Source: a virus
Lineage: Duplodnaviria; Heunggongvirae; Uroviricota; Caudoviricetes
Direction: 5' to 3' (one strand)
IMG/VR virus record: IMGVR_UViG_2687453529_000003
DNA: 47,629 nucleotides
The position numbers and the translations under genes were made by a program. Below, one piece after another: positions 10,661-21,380 of the stretch. The notes beneath the pieces are model-generated. The model was not told the DNA's origin and ran no database searches. It saw nothing but the letters and a program-made list of their open reading frames with translations. Position 1 is the stretch's first letter. Each line of letters starts with the position of its first letter.

Positions 10661-13230
10661 CCACCGCTCCCTGATAACATACCGCCATCACGCAACTGCA
10701 GCCGGAGTTCATCCTGTGCCCCCTTGCGGGCCATCTCATACACCGCTTTCATCAGCTGCGGCCCTGCCCGCCCGTTGGGGCCGTCGTTCTGAATCACCAC
10801 GTGATTGTTCTGATTAAAATTAATGCCTTCCGCCCGCCGCATCTGCGCCGGACTTCCGGCACCGCCGACATAACCACCTTCCGCATAGCCCCGCATCAGG
10901 CGGTACAGATTGCCGACACCAATCCGGCTGGTCGCCTCCTTCGTGAAGACAAACTCCCCGCGATGAACAATCCCCGCAGGTTCATATTTACCCCCCGTCC
11001 CCGTAAATCCCCCGGTCGCGAAATGGAAGTTCGCCGCCGCAGCCTGAATGGCTGTACCGCCTGACGCGGATGCGCCGCCACCAACAGCCCCGCCAATGGC
11101 GCTGCCGATACTCCCGACTATCCCCACCATCGCCTGCTTCAGAAAAATCTCTGTCAGCATGGACAGCACAGAACGGGTGAAACCACGCCAGTTCTGTTCG
11201 CTGCCGGTCAGCATCGCTGCCATATTCTGTGCAATACCGTCAAAGGTCTGCGTGGCCGCGTTTTTAACCTGCGAAAAACTGTCCGTCGCACTTTCCGCCC
11301 ACTCGCCCCAGCCGGACTTCATCCCGGCCATCCAGCTTCCACGAAGCTGCTCCTCCGCAGACCAGGTGTTCTTCAGTGCAGATGTGGCCTTCGCCAGCGC
11401 AGCCGGATTATCACCGTACACCTCACGAAGGCGCTGCTCTTCCGACTCCCGCTGCGCCTGACGGTCGGTGAGTCCGCGGGCTTTTGCGCTGATTGCCGCC
11501 TGCTTCGCGCTCTGCTGCTGTTCAAACCGCGCCGCCTGCTGTGCCAGCTCATTCAGCCGTTTCTGGTGTTCAATCTTGTCGCCCAGCTCAGCCAGCTGGC
11601 GTTTGTACTCCAGCGTCTCTTTCTCATGGGCCAGCAGGGATTTTTCCTGCTCAGATAACTGCCGTTTCGTGGCGGCCTCTTTCAGGACCACATACTGATT
11701 TTCCGCTTCCCATAAATCCCGGCGCTGCTGGCTGATTTTCTCATTCACACCGCTGTGTTTTTCCAGCGTCCTGAGCTCGGTTTCAAGCGCCAGCAGGGCT
11801 GCATGCGCCTGGTCTTCCTGGCGCTCACCGGCAGACACCTTCACACCGGACGGCTTTTTCTGCGTCGACTCATAATCCTTTTTTGCCGACGCCATCAGCG
11901 TGTTGTAATCCGCCTGCAGGATTTTCCCGTCTTTCAGGGCCTTATTCAGCTCTTCCTGCCGGGCGGTATATTTCTCCAGTGGCGTCAGCAGGCGCTCATA
12001 CGCCTTCTGCGCCTCTCCGGTATACTTCAGCTGTGACGACTCACGCTCAGCCCTGTCCCTTGCCGCCAGTTCACCGGCTTTTTCCATATCCGACTGCAGC
12101 GTTGCCGCTGCCAGACCCAGACGGGCATTTTCCCGGTCATCCCATGCGCCCTGAAGGTTGGCCCGGAAAGAGGAGGTTTTACCGCGGCGCTGGCTCCGGC
12201 TCTGGTACCACTGCCATTTTTTATCCGCCTCATCAAATGCCTTCTGCGCACTGGCGAGCATATCCGCTGAGGATTCCGGACGACCGATATCCAGAATGGC
12301 ATCCCACATCGATTTGAATGCCTTCCCTGTTTTATCCGCCCAGGTCTCCAGTGTTCCCATGTTTTCTTTCAGGCGACGGGTCTGCTCATCAAAGCCTTTC
12401 GTGGCGATATCGTTCGCCGCCTGCAATGCCCCGGCCTCGTCTCCGGAACGCTGCAGCTGTGCAACATACGCAATCTGCTCTGCCGTCACGTTACGGAACT
12501 GGCGCGCCATCGCCATCAGTCCCGACGTCGGGTCAGTGGTCAGCTTCCCGAAGGCTTCAGCGACTTTATCCACCTCCACACCGGATGCAGACGCAAAACG
12601 CGCGACACTCTGGTTGATGGCATCAAACTGTTCACCACCACGCACACCGGCATTCACCAGGGCTGCCAGTGACTCTCTCGCCTGGTTAAACGTCAGCCCT
12701 GCTGCCTGCCCGGCTCTTGAGAGAGTCAGCATACGATCGGCAGTCAGTCCGGACTGATTACCGGAAAGAACCAGGGTTTTATTAAACGCTGAAAGCGTGG
12801 AATCTCCCTGGTACCAGGCGTACACCAGCGCACCTGTCGCCACCGCCAGCGAGGTGACCCCGACCATCGGCAGGGTGATCGCACCGGCAAGCCCCCTGAA
12901 CATGGGGATCATCCCGCCGAAGGAGTCCTTCACCTGACCGCCCTGTTGCAGCAGGATCAGCCAGGGATTCTGACCACCTGCAAGCTGCGTGGCGATATCC
13001 GTAAACTGTGCGGGCAGGGTTCGCATGGCCGCTTTATACTGCCCGACGGAAATCCCGGCTTTTTGTGCAGCCAGCGCCTGGCGGCTCAGGCCCTGTTCAA
13101 CAGCACTGGCGGTTTTTCTGGCGTCGGTATCCAGACCTGAAAAATGACGCCTTACCCGGCTCATCTGCTCATCGAAACGGACAGCATCCAGACTCAGGTC
13201 AATAACAAGATCACCAACCGGCTGGGACAT
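10657..13230 (-). CDS. H: tail tape measure protein H
   Basis: 857-aa ORF, coiled-coil rich; length and position as lambda H. Confidence 0.9.
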   Translation of the reverse strand: MSQPVGDLVIDLSLDAVRFDEQMSRVRRHFSGLDTDARKTASAVEQGLSRQALAAQKAGISVGQYKAAMRTLPAQFTDIATQLAGGQNPWLILLQQGGQVKDSFGGMIPMFRGLAGAITLPMVGVTSLAVATGALVYAWYQGDSTLSAFNKTLVLSGNQSGLTADRMLTLSRAGQAAGLTFNQARESLAALVNAGVRGGEQFDAINQSVARFASASGVEVDKVAEAFGKLTTDPTSGLMAMARQFRNVTAEQIAYVAQLQRSGDEAGALQAANDIATKGFDEQTRRLKENMGTLETWADKTGKAFKSMWDAILDIGRPESSADMLASAQKAFDEADKKWQWYQSRSQRRGKTSSFRANLQGAWDDRENARLGLAAATLQSDMEKAGELAARDRAERESSQLKYTGEAQKAYERLLTPLEKYTARQEELNKALKDGKILQADYNTLMASAKKDYESTQKKPSGVKVSAGERQEDQAHAALLALETELRTLEKHSGVNEKISQQRRDLWEAENQYVVLKEAATKRQLSEQEKSLLAHEKETLEYKRQLAELGDKIEHQKRLNELAQQAARFEQQQSAKQAAISAKARGLTDRQAQRESEEQRLREVYGDNPAALAKATSALKNTWSAEEQLRGSWMAGMKSGWGEWAESATDSFSQVKNAATQTFDGIAQNMAAMLTGSEQNWRGFTRSVLSMLTEIFLKQAMVGIVGSIGSAIGGAVGGGASASGGTAIQAAAANFHFATGGFTGTGGKYEPAGIVHRGEFVFTKEATSRIGVGNLYRLMRGYAEGGYVGGAGSPAQMRRAEGINFNQNNHVVIQNDGPNGRAGPQLMKAVYEMARKGAQDELRLQLRDGGMLSGSGG

Positions 13231-14082
13231 ATCTCACACCTCCCGGAATCCCCGCTGAAGCCATCATTAATGCGGCATCATCCACCATGACATCCGCCAC
13301 ATCCGCAGACGATAAAATATCGCGCCCTCCGTCCCCACCGAACCGGACGCCTCCGGCAAGTCCTGCCGCTTTCTGCATCAGCATTTTGTCCTCATCCGGC
13401 CTCTCCACCTGCTCTTCCTCATGCCGGGGGACAAGCAGACTGAAATCAGAGGGATGCATATCCGGATCGCAAAAAAACAGGCTGAGTACAGCGTACGTCA
13501 GCCCGGAAAAATGCATATCCAGCTGGGTATCCTGAAAATAATGCGTGCGGTAAAAACGGTGCCAGTCGGCATATTCGGTGGATGTCATCCCGGCAAGCAT
13601 GGCGCGCCAGTCGGGTCTCCCCATCTCACGCGCCAGTCTGAGGGCAAAGTTCAGCTCGCCGTCGAAGACTTTCCCGCAGAAAAATCATCATCAGTCAGCG
13701 TGTTATTTTTCGCCACTTCAGTAATATCAGTATCCGGACGAACAGCTTCGATCATCCCGGACAGGCACAACACCACGTCTTCCGCCCGGGCAATGGCATC
13801 GGCAGGCCAGGTGGTGAGCACTTCCTGCTCTATCTTCATCACGGCCTCATTCATTGACGGTGACTGCGTTTTCTGTGGATGGTTATGCCACAGGGACATC
13901 GCCACCAGAAACGCGCCGGTTCTGACGAGATCTTCCACGCTTACCTGCAGGTTGCCGCAGGATTCTGCCTGTTCTGCACGCCGTTTCAGGAGGGCAAGAT
14001 GCTCGATACGCTGCAGCGCAGACAATTCGGAAAGCGTGACAGACACACCGTTATATTCAAATTGTTCTGTTTTCAGAAACAT
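13211..14082 (-). CDS. T: tail assembly chaperone G-T fusion made by programmed -1 ribosomal frameshift
   Basis: T-frame ORF 13211-13624 overlaps the end of G; a GGGAAAG slippery heptamer (ctttccc on the plus strand) lies near 13676. Confidence 0.7.
13651..14082 (-). CDS. G: tail assembly chaperone G
   Basis: 143-aa ORF; N-terminus close to lambda G (MFLKTE.FE.NGV.VTLSELSALQRIEHLA). Confidence 0.9.
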   Translation of the reverse strand: MFLKTEQFEYNGVSVTLSELSALQRIEHLALLKRRAEQAESCGNLQVSVEDLVRTGAFLVAMSLWHNHPQKTQSPSMNEAVMKIEQEVLTTWPADAIARAEDVVLCLSGMIEAVRPDTDITEVAKNNTLTDDDFSAGKSSTAS

Positions 14083-14095
14083 GTATTACCTCCGT

Positions 14096-14848
14096 TTACC
14101 CTGCAGCGCCCGCTTCAGTAACGGTGACTTCAGCCACTGCGGCGAACTGACCATTTCCGCTCACCACAGGGATCTGCACCTTACCTGTCGCCACGCCGTT
14201 TACCGTAATTGTCATATCTTTCACACTAATGGTGGCTTTCGACGGATCGGCGGAAACCGCTCTGAACGTCTTGTCGGTTGCACTTTCCGGCTCAAAAGAA
14301 ACCGTCAGGGTGGTTGTTTTCCCTTTTGCCACCGTACCGGATGTCGGCGTCACCTTAATCGCACTGACCGGCGTAATTTTGCTGCGTTCTTCCGCTACAG
14401 AAGGTTTACCCACGTTAGTGACTTTCACCGTGCGGGTGATCACTTCTTTCGCCGTCACGGCCTTACCGATACTGCTGACCCAGCCACGAAACACATCCAC
14501 CGTGCCATTCGGAAAACGGATTTTATAGGCCCGGACATCGCCGCTTTCAAACCAGCCTATAAGCCCTTTCTGGCCTTCCTCTCCCGGTTTCCAGGCCAGC
14601 GTAAAACTGGTATCACCTGCAGATTTCTGCCCCTGCCCGGTCGCGGTCCAGTCCGCGTCTTCATCATCCAGGTAGTTATCATCGTAGGATTCTGCCGTCA
14701 TCTCGCCCGGCGTCAGATCCTTCACCTTAGCCAGTCGCTGCCAGTCATCGTCTGACAACGGGTTTGCATAAGCATCACCCTTGCCGTTGTAAACCCACAG
14801 AGTGGTACCGGCACCTTTTACCGGCTCAAGGGGATTTGGTGTTGCCAT
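14096..14848 (-). CDS. V: major tail protein V with C-terminal Ig-like domain
   Basis: 250-aa ORF matching lambda V. Confidence 0.9.
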   Translation of the reverse strand: MATPNPLEPVKGAGTTLWVYNGKGDAYANPLSDDDWQRLAKVKDLTPGEMTAESYDDNYLDDEDADWTATGQGQKSAGDTSFTLAWKPGEEGQKGLIGWFESGDVRAYKIRFPNGTVDVFRGWVSSIGKAVTAKEVITRTVKVTNVGKPSVAEERSKITPVSAIKVTPTSGTVAKGKTTTLTVSFEPESATDKTFRAVSADPSKATISVKDMTITVNGVATGKVQIPVVSGNGQFAAVAEVTVTEAGAAG

Positions 14849-14855
14849 ATCGTCC

Positions 14856-15251
14856 TCACATCTCGTATGTAATGGAATAAGTCAGATCTGCAGAACTCCA
14901 TAACGCCATATCGTCATCACGACGATACTCATAGCCCTGCGTAACCATCGTGGTAATCAGTCCTGCCAGTGCCGGGATCGCGGTCATCGCCGGGTAAATC
15001 CGGCTTTCCATCCACTGATCAAGCTCTGAATCCGGTACCTGTGCCGGTAAAAACACCTCAATGTGCAGCGTGGCCCGCCAGGTATCTGCATCCAGCTCTT
15101 CACCGGTATACTCTGCATCCGTCAGATAAACCGCGATCGCAGGAAAATCCTCTTCGTCAAAAACAACGGGGCGACCATCAAACAGCGTCGCCCCGTGTTC
15201 ATGCTGCTCGAGTGCATCCAGCACTGCGGCACGAATGTCAGTGTGTTTCAT
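14856..15251 (-). CDS. U: tail terminator protein U
   Basis: 131-aa ORF matching lambda U. Confidence 0.9.
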   Translation of the reverse strand: MKHTDIRAAVLDALEQHEHGATLFDGRPVVFDEEDFPAIAVYLTDAEYTGEELDADTWRATLHIEVFLPAQVPDSELDQWMESRIYPAMTAIPALAGLITTMVTQGYEYRRDDDMALWSSADLTYSITYEM

Positions 15252-15823
15252 CGTTTTATCGCAATCCTCAGTTGTTGTTTCAGCGCGTATGCCAGTTCTT
15301 TAGGCAGGCGTTCACGCCGGATACGGTCAACATTCTCATCAAATGCCTGTTTCAGTGGGGCCGCCATCGGGATTTTCACCACCTGAATGGGAAGGCGATT
15401 ACGCTTTTTCCTTCCCTTGTCGTCATTGCCCTCCTCATATCTGGCCTGGGGAAGACGTTGCATAACATGCCAGCGCCCATTATTTAATCGCTGGATAAAT
15501 GCCCGCTGATAACGATGCTGACCGGCTTTGAGTATGCTGTTCGGACGACGCCCCAGCATTCTGATCCCCAGCTTAATCACAGGGAGATCACCGCGGTTAA
15601 CGATAATTCTGGCATTCGGATTTCTGACCGTCGCCCGTTTCAGTCTGGACCGTTCCTTTACCAGTTTCCGTCTCACCCTGGTTTCCCGGGCAACCTGTGA
15701 CGAAGACTGATTAATCGCCGTTATGGCCACGCGGTTAATGGTCATTGCAGAAGCAGCCGGAATGGCGTTTTTACGAACCCGGCTCAGATTGTCAATCGCC
15801 TGATCAAGCCCTTTTATCGCCAT
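15248..15823 (-). CDS. Z: tail completion protein Z
   Basis: 191-aa ORF matching lambda Z. Confidence 0.85.
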   Translation of the reverse strand: MAIKGLDQAIDNLSRVRKNAIPAASAMTINRVAITAINQSSSQVARETRVRRKLVKERSRLKRATVRNPNARIIVNRGDLPVIKLGIRMLGRRPNSILKAGQHRYQRAFIQRLNNGRWHVMQRLPQARYEEGNDDKGRKKRNRLPIQVVKIPMAAPLKQAFDENVDRIRRERLPKELAYALKQQLRIAIKR

Positions 15824-15837
15824 AATTCACCCTGCGT

Positions 15838-16191
15838 TTATCGTCGCCGGTTAACTGCGGGTGGTTGCCCACGGTTGAGCCAGAGATAACAGCTGCCCCC
15901 GTCATCCGGAGAAACACGATCCACCCAGAATGTCTCACCATTAATGGTCAGCGTGTCACCACGCCGCACGGCACGAACCGTATCCGTCCGCACAAATAAT
16001 GACGGGCAGCTTCCTTCAATACGGACCCCGCCACCGGCAAACCCCAGCGACTCCGGATCGTCAAAAACCCCCTGAACTTCGCTGCCACACTGTGCCCCCG
16101 AGGTGAACTGCGCACAGAGTCCCATCACTTCAACGATCGTACTGTCTACCCCGGCGAGGGCAGCATCAAAGGCATTCTGAAAATCACGCAT
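15838..16191 (-). CDS. FII: head-tail connector protein FII
   Basis: 117-aa ORF matching lambda FII. Confidence 0.85.
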   Translation of the reverse strand: MRDFQNAFDAALAGVDSTIVEVMGLCAQFTSGAQCGSEVQGVFDDPESLGFAGGGVRIEGSCPSLFVRTDTVRAVRRGDTLTINGETFWVDRVSPDDGGSCYLWLNRGQPPAVNRRR

Positions 16192-16567
16192 ATTCAGCCG
16201 TTCCGTGCTGTATCATGGCCGTTGCCAGTGATGATGGCACCAGAACACGCATACCCCGTAACGCCAGCTCAACGGGACGACCTGTCTCCGGGCAATACCC
16301 CATTACTTGCAGGCACTTCCGTACCCGGACGGCTTTAACATCATCCGGAGCATCCGTGTTGTTCAACTGCTCACCATCGTCTGTGTGATTTTGATCAGCC
16401 CCGCTCTCATCAGAGTGCATAATGCCCTCCGGGGAAACAGCAAGCTCCTCTTCCCACTCAGACACACGTTGCGCAATATCCGCAGCACTCCCCGACATAT
16501 CCGCCTCGCGCCCCAGCAGGCCAGCCAGTTGACGAAGACGATTCAGATTTTCTTCTTTTGTTGCCAT
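16184..16567 (-). CDS. FI: DNA packaging protein FI
   Basis: acidic ORF between E and FII; start placed at the internal ATG (MATKEENL...). Confidence 0.7.
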   Translation of the reverse strand: MATKEENLNRLRQLAGLLGREADMSGSAADIAQRVSEWEEELAVSPEGIMHSDESGADQNHTDDGEQLNNTDAPDDVKAVRVRKCLQVMGYCPETGRPVELALRGMRVLVPSSLATAMIQHGTAEYA

Positions 16568-16618
16568 CTCAGCCTCCTGTGAAAAAAGACACGGGGGCAT
16601 TTCGCCCCCGCTCACGGA

Positions 16619-17647
16619 TTATTTCACCTGCACCACCACAAACTCATCCGGATCCGGCAGCACCATCAGCGGTGCGGACTGCGTCATGGTGAATTCACGG
16701 GCCGGATCGCCCACAGTCAGCCAGTGTTTCGGATAACGGGAAGAGGCCACCACACCTTCGGACAACGCCTGCGCATCCTGAATGGCACCATAGCAACGAA
16801 TGCCCTCTGCTGCCGTATTCCCCAGGACCAGTGTGCCCACCGGCAGATAACGTTTTTCGGTACCGTCGTCTGCCACATAAGACGTTTTCGCCACCACAAT
16901 GGCCAGATCACCGTAATACCCTTTGAAAGACACCACCGCTCCCAGGTCTTTCACTGCCGTTTCGAGTTGTGAATTTGAGCCGCGACGGGTATCCAGTTTT
17001 TCGCGGAACAGCTTAAAGCCATTCAGCAGACGCCAGACCGTACCGTCCATAATGGCAATATTCACAAGACCGCTGGCCTGATCGCAGTAAAGGTCAATAT
17101 CATGCGTCGGATCAAACGTATCACGGTCCTGCTCAGACCATTTTTTACCGTCGGCCTGCTCAATGTTATTTCCTTCAGAGCGTCCGAAATCCACCTCGAC
17201 CGTGTCAAACTGTTCCCCTTCCATGGTGTATTTGCCATACAGCACGGCATTCACCGCCTGCATTTCTTCCACCTGGACAATGGCGTGCTCTTCCTGTTTG
17301 AGGTTATCGGTAATGATACGCAGACGACGGTAGGCCGGGTCGTTCAGCTGAGCCGGATCTTCACCAGGAAGGCGCTCAACCGCCTGCTGGTAATTAAATT
17401 CGTGTTTGGGCTTGACGTAGCCCGGACGTAACACGCGGGTTTCACCACCGCGATGGCGAAGCACTTTTCCTTCAACGATCGGGGAGACATAGGCCGCCAC
17501 CGGCGTTTTTCCGGTAATTTTGTCCAGCATCACCTCTTCGGTGTGGAAATTCACCGTACGGCGGAAAAACAGCTCCAGAAACAGCGCACGGAATTTAACT
17601 TTTTGTTCGGTATAACCGAGTAACTGGCGGGTCGTAAACAATCCCAT
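16619..17647 (-). CDS. E: major capsid protein E
   Basis: 342-aa ORF, close match to lambda E. Confidence 0.9.
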   Translation of the reverse strand: MGLFTTRQLLGYTEQKVKFRALFLELFFRRTVNFHTEEVMLDKITGKTPVAAYVSPIVEGKVLRHRGGETRVLRPGYVKPKHEFNYQQAVERLPGEDPAQLNDPAYRRLRIITDNLKQEEHAIVQVEEMQAVNAVLYGKYTMEGEQFDTVEVDFGRSEGNNIEQADGKKWSEQDRDTFDPTHDIDLYCDQASGLVNIAIMDGTVWRLLNGFKLFREKLDTRRGSNSQLETAVKDLGAVVSFKGYYGDLAIVVAKTSYVADDGTEKRYLPVGTLVLGNTAAEGIRCYGAIQDAQALSEGVVASSRYPKHWLTVGDPAREFTMTQSAPLMVLPDPDEFVVVQVK

Positions 17648-17704
17648 AAATCAGTTCCTTTCATTAAGAAATCAGTCAGGCCAACGCGGTGGCCTGATAA
17701 CGTG

Positions 17705-18052
17705 TTACGGCAGCGCCGCGTGACTCAGGGCACTGCCGGTAAAGGCGTTGGCCTTTTTGTGTTCATCCACACTTTCAGGCCAGCGGATTGCCTCCGTCGC
17801 AAAGGTCCCCGACTTGTAATAGGTCAGCACCGCCTCTGTGCCTTCAAGCGGCAGTACCAGTATGCCAACCGCACTACCGGCTTTCTGTCCGTCCCAGACC
17901 ACCAGTTTCCCGGTGGCCCCATCCAGCATCAGGGGTGTCAGTGCCGGTGTTGCCGAGGAAATCCCGCTGCTGCCTGTGGCGGTGTGAGCCGGATCATTAC
18001 CGGCAAAAATACGTACTTCCGCACGCTGTTCAGTGATGGTTTTCGTCACCAT
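17705..18052 (-). CDS. D: head decoration protein D
   Basis: 115-aa ORF matching lambda D. Confidence 0.9.
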   Translation of the reverse strand: MVTKTITEQRAEVRIFAGNDPAHTATGSSGISSATPALTPLMLDGATGKLVVWDGQKAGSAVGILVLPLEGTEAVLTYYKSGTFATEAIRWPESVDEHKKANAFTGSALSHAALP

Positions 18053-18088
18053 ATTGTTAAAACCTCGTATTGATGTTCAGCACTGACT

Positions 18089-19595
18089 TCATGGCATGGC
18101 CATGAGCATTTTCACGTCCGCATCACCGTCTTCTGACGCCTGTGACACGCCCCCCTGGACCGCAGCCGGTGAATGGTTCGCCATGAAATGTTCAAACAGG
18201 GCGGTTGTGGATGCAGAGACCGGTTCTGCCTTACCTGATCCCGCAGCCAGCACAGCCCGGGCGCTCTCCACGGTCATTCCCGGGCAGGCCGCCAGTTTTT
18301 CAGCCTGCGCTTCTGCCCCTTTTGCCTCATCCAGGGCCATGATCTGATCACGAAGTGAGGGCCCGGCATCCGCCAGTGGTGCAGCCGCCAGGATCGGGCG
18401 GGCTTTTTCCACCGTCATCTCCGGCATCGCCGCCAGCGTTGCCGCCAGTTGTTCACGACCGTTCGCTTCTTCACACGCCATAATGCGATCGGCTTCACTC
18501 TGCGCGGATGCCACCGGCTGCTGCGGTGCCGCCGCGGCCAGAATCGCCCGGGCCTGTTCAACGCTCATGCCCTGTTGCCCTGCCAGCATCGTGGCAAGCT
18601 GTTCACGTCCTTTCGCTTCCTGGCATGTCAGGATCCCCATCACTCGCTGGTTCTCCTGCACGGCGGCTTCCGTTGCAGTTAATTGCGGCATAGTGCCTCC
18701 TCTGACATTACTGTTCAGCGCCGTGGCCATCACACTGATGGCATCCGACGCATTGATTAATTCATCCGCCAGCCCGGCCTCAATGCCGGACTGACCTTCA
18801 AAAACAGCGGCCTCTGTTCCCGTGACTGCATCAATAGACAGACCGGTAAACATCGCCACTTTTTCGGCAAACATCCGGCGCGCCGCATCAATCCGCTGCT
18901 GCATGTCCTGGCGAACCTCTGCCGGCAACGCTTCAAACTGATTGCCATCCACCTTGTGCGCCCCTGAGTAAATCAGCGTGATATCCACACCGGCCTGCGC
19001 CAGATGACCGGCATAGCTGACATGGCTCATCATCACGCCAATGGAACCGATACGGGATGTCTGGGTAACCAGCCGTCGGGAGCAGGCCGACGCCAGCAGC
19101 ATGGCCGCAGAACAGGCCGTGTCATTACACAGTGCCCAGACCGGCTTCTGCTGCCGGAGGCGGTAAATCATGTCAGCGCAGTCAAACGCGCCGGCGGCCT
19201 GCCCGCCCGGACTGTCAATGTCCAGCAGTATGCCCCGCACCTGGCTATCTGCCATTGCCTGCTGAAGACAGGCGACAATGCCGTCATAGCCAGTCATTCC
19301 GGAAAATGGCCGCATCCCCCCCCAGCCGGTGCACCAGCGTGCCGGTCACCGGCAGTACCGCAATACCGTTCACCACCCGGTAAACACGGGCCGGTCGTTT
19401 ACCTCCGGCCATGTACTCGTCCGTTTCAGCCAGCATCCCGGGAGCATCAAGCTGTACCTGCTGTTGCGGTACCGAAAGACTTGCTGCCCCCATCTCGCGC
19501 CCCAGCGCGCAAAAGAAAACCCGCGCATAGGCGGGCTCCAGAAGCAGCGGTTCATTGAATGCTGCTGCAATAATGTGTGAAAGATTACGTCTCAC
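18089..19595 (-). pseudogene. C: head protease/scaffold protein C (S49 family, with in-frame Nu3 part) interrupted by a +1 frameshift
   Basis: N-terminal part (ORF 19284-19595) and C-terminal part (ORF 18089-19315) both match lambda C but are in different frames; the junction falls in a run of 8 G (8 C on the plus strand, 19316-19323). Confidence 0.6.
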
Positions 19596-21177
19596 GTGGT
19601 GTTGTCTCCTCTTCCGGCCTGCGACTCTCCGCTATCTGCTGCTGATACGCCTGCGCTATCCACACCGGACGTGAGAGTCCGGCTTTTTCCCGCTCTGCAG
19701 ATTCCCTGACCTGCTGGCGGAAAATGTCCTGATAATCCTCGCCCATCAGCGCCAGCTCTTTCTCATACGTGCTCAGTCCGGCCTCAATGCGCATCACTGA
19801 TTCCTGAACCTCCTTGAGCCCGTCAATGGCCATTCTTCCGGCTCCAATCCACTCAGCCCGTGACCAGGCTGATCGCGCCTGATAAAAATCAAACCGTGCC
19901 CGTGGCGGACGAATAATCCCCCGAAGAAGTGCCTCTTCCAGCCAGCAGGAAAACATCTGCGTGGCCAGCCGGGACGCAATAAATTTTCGCCGCCCCATAA
20001 AATAGCGCCACGACTCATTGGCGGATGCGCGGGCACTTGAGTAACTGACCTTCGAGTAATCACGGGACAACTGTTCGTAGGAAACGCCAAGACCGGCGGC
20101 GATATACCGCAGCAGCGCCTGTTCAAGCGCCGAAAATCCATTGTCTGAATCCTGCGCGGTCTGAAGTTTCAGATCATCACCGGGGAAAAGGTGCGGAATT
20201 TTGACACCGCCCAGCGTCACGCTATTCGTGTCATACCAGGTGGAGAACTTATCCAGAATATTAATAAGCGGATTATCCTTCTGCCCCTGCGGCGCACCGG
20301 CGATATATTCAAAGGCCTTTTCGGTATCAAGGTCACTTTCAATCGTCGCTGCATACATCGCCTTCACTATGGCCGACTGAAGCTGTGTTGCCTGCAGGGA
20401 ATCCAGCATCTTCAGCCGTTCCATAACGCTGTAAAACTGATTGGCTCCACGGGTCTGCCCGTCCTCCACCGGCTCGAAAATATGCAGCATGGCCGGACGC
20501 CCGGTGGGTAGTTCACGCGGGATCCGTTCCCATCGTCCACTCCCGGAGCGAGGAAAATCATCCTCACAGATATGGTACGCAACGGCACGGCCATATCGAT
20601 CAACCTCCACACCGGCCCGCAGAAAACGGTTCCCGATACCGTGTCCTGGCGTGTCCACCCGTTTCGGACTCACGGCTTTAAAACGCGTACGAAACAGTTG
20701 CGTACTCTCCGTATCCCAGACCGGCTGCACAAAGATTTCGCCGTTAAACGCATGAACGCCCACACCTTCACGGATAAATTCCGTAAACGTGCGTTTCCCT
20801 TCCACGTCGATCTCACCAAACATCCCTTCTGCGTATTCTGACCAGGCCGCCTCCACCTCATCGACAAAACTTTTTGCCGCGGTCTCCCGCATCCCCAGCC
20901 AGCGCCAGTTCGGACGGTAGCTAATCAGAAACATATGCCCGACAATGTGATCCTTATGCAGGGCCACCGCATTGGCCGCTATTCCGTTATTGCGCACCAG
21001 ATCATCTGCACGGGCATTCCCCAGACGCAACGCGGGCAGCAGGGCCGCATCGGCACTCTGCGAGGGTGGCAACCACTCTGCCATTTGCCCGCCAAATCCT
21101 GCACCGCCACCGGTGTAGCTGAGGCTCTCCCGAAGCGGAACGCCGTTCACATCAATCAGGACAGGCGTTCGTTTCAT
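19585..21177 (-). CDS. B: portal protein B
   Basis: 530-aa ORF matching lambda B. Confidence 0.9.
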   Translation of the reverse strand: MKRTPVLIDVNGVPLRESLSYTGGGAGFGGQMAEWLPPSQSADAALLPALRLGNARADDLVRNNGIAANAVALHKDHIVGHMFLISYRPNWRWLGMRETAAKSFVDEVEAAWSEYAEGMFGEIDVEGKRTFTEFIREGVGVHAFNGEIFVQPVWDTESTQLFRTRFKAVSPKRVDTPGHGIGNRFLRAGVEVDRYGRAVAYHICEDDFPRSGSGRWERIPRELPTGRPAMLHIFEPVEDGQTRGANQFYSVMERLKMLDSLQATQLQSAIVKAMYAATIESDLDTEKAFEYIAGAPQGQKDNPLINILDKFSTWYDTNSVTLGGVKIPHLFPGDDLKLQTAQDSDNGFSALEQALLRYIAAGLGVSYEQLSRDYSKVSYSSARASANESWRYFMGRRKFIASRLATQMFSCWLEEALLRGIIRPPRARFDFYQARSAWSRAEWIGAGRMAIDGLKEVQESVMRIEAGLSTYEKELALMGEDYQDIFRQQVRESAEREKAGLSRPVWIAQAYQQQIAESRRPEEETTPRET

Positions 21178-21380
21178 AACCTCACTCCCAGCGGACGACG
21201 GCGACGGCGGGTTGTCCCCAGTACCGACTCCGCATCATTGATCGCCCGGTTAAGCTCATCCAGAGAAGCTGCCGTATATTCAATTCTGCGACCATCTTTC
21301 TGAACAGACACCACCCGTTTACCGGTTAATAAATCAAGGCGCGCCTGACGCAGCGCCTGCAGTTCAGCGACTGTAACCAT
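21174..21380 (-). CDS. W: head-tail joining protein W
   Basis: 68-aa ORF matching lambda W. Confidence 0.85.
   Translation of the reverse strand: MVTVAELQALRQARLDLLTGKRVVSVQKDGRRIEYTAASLDELNRAINDAESVLGTTRRRRRPLGVRL

Noticed and set aside
13421-14755. 444-aa plus-strand ORF antisense to the G/T/V tail genes
   Set aside because: Antisense to three conserved lambda genes; Arg/Cys-rich composition typical of shadow frames.
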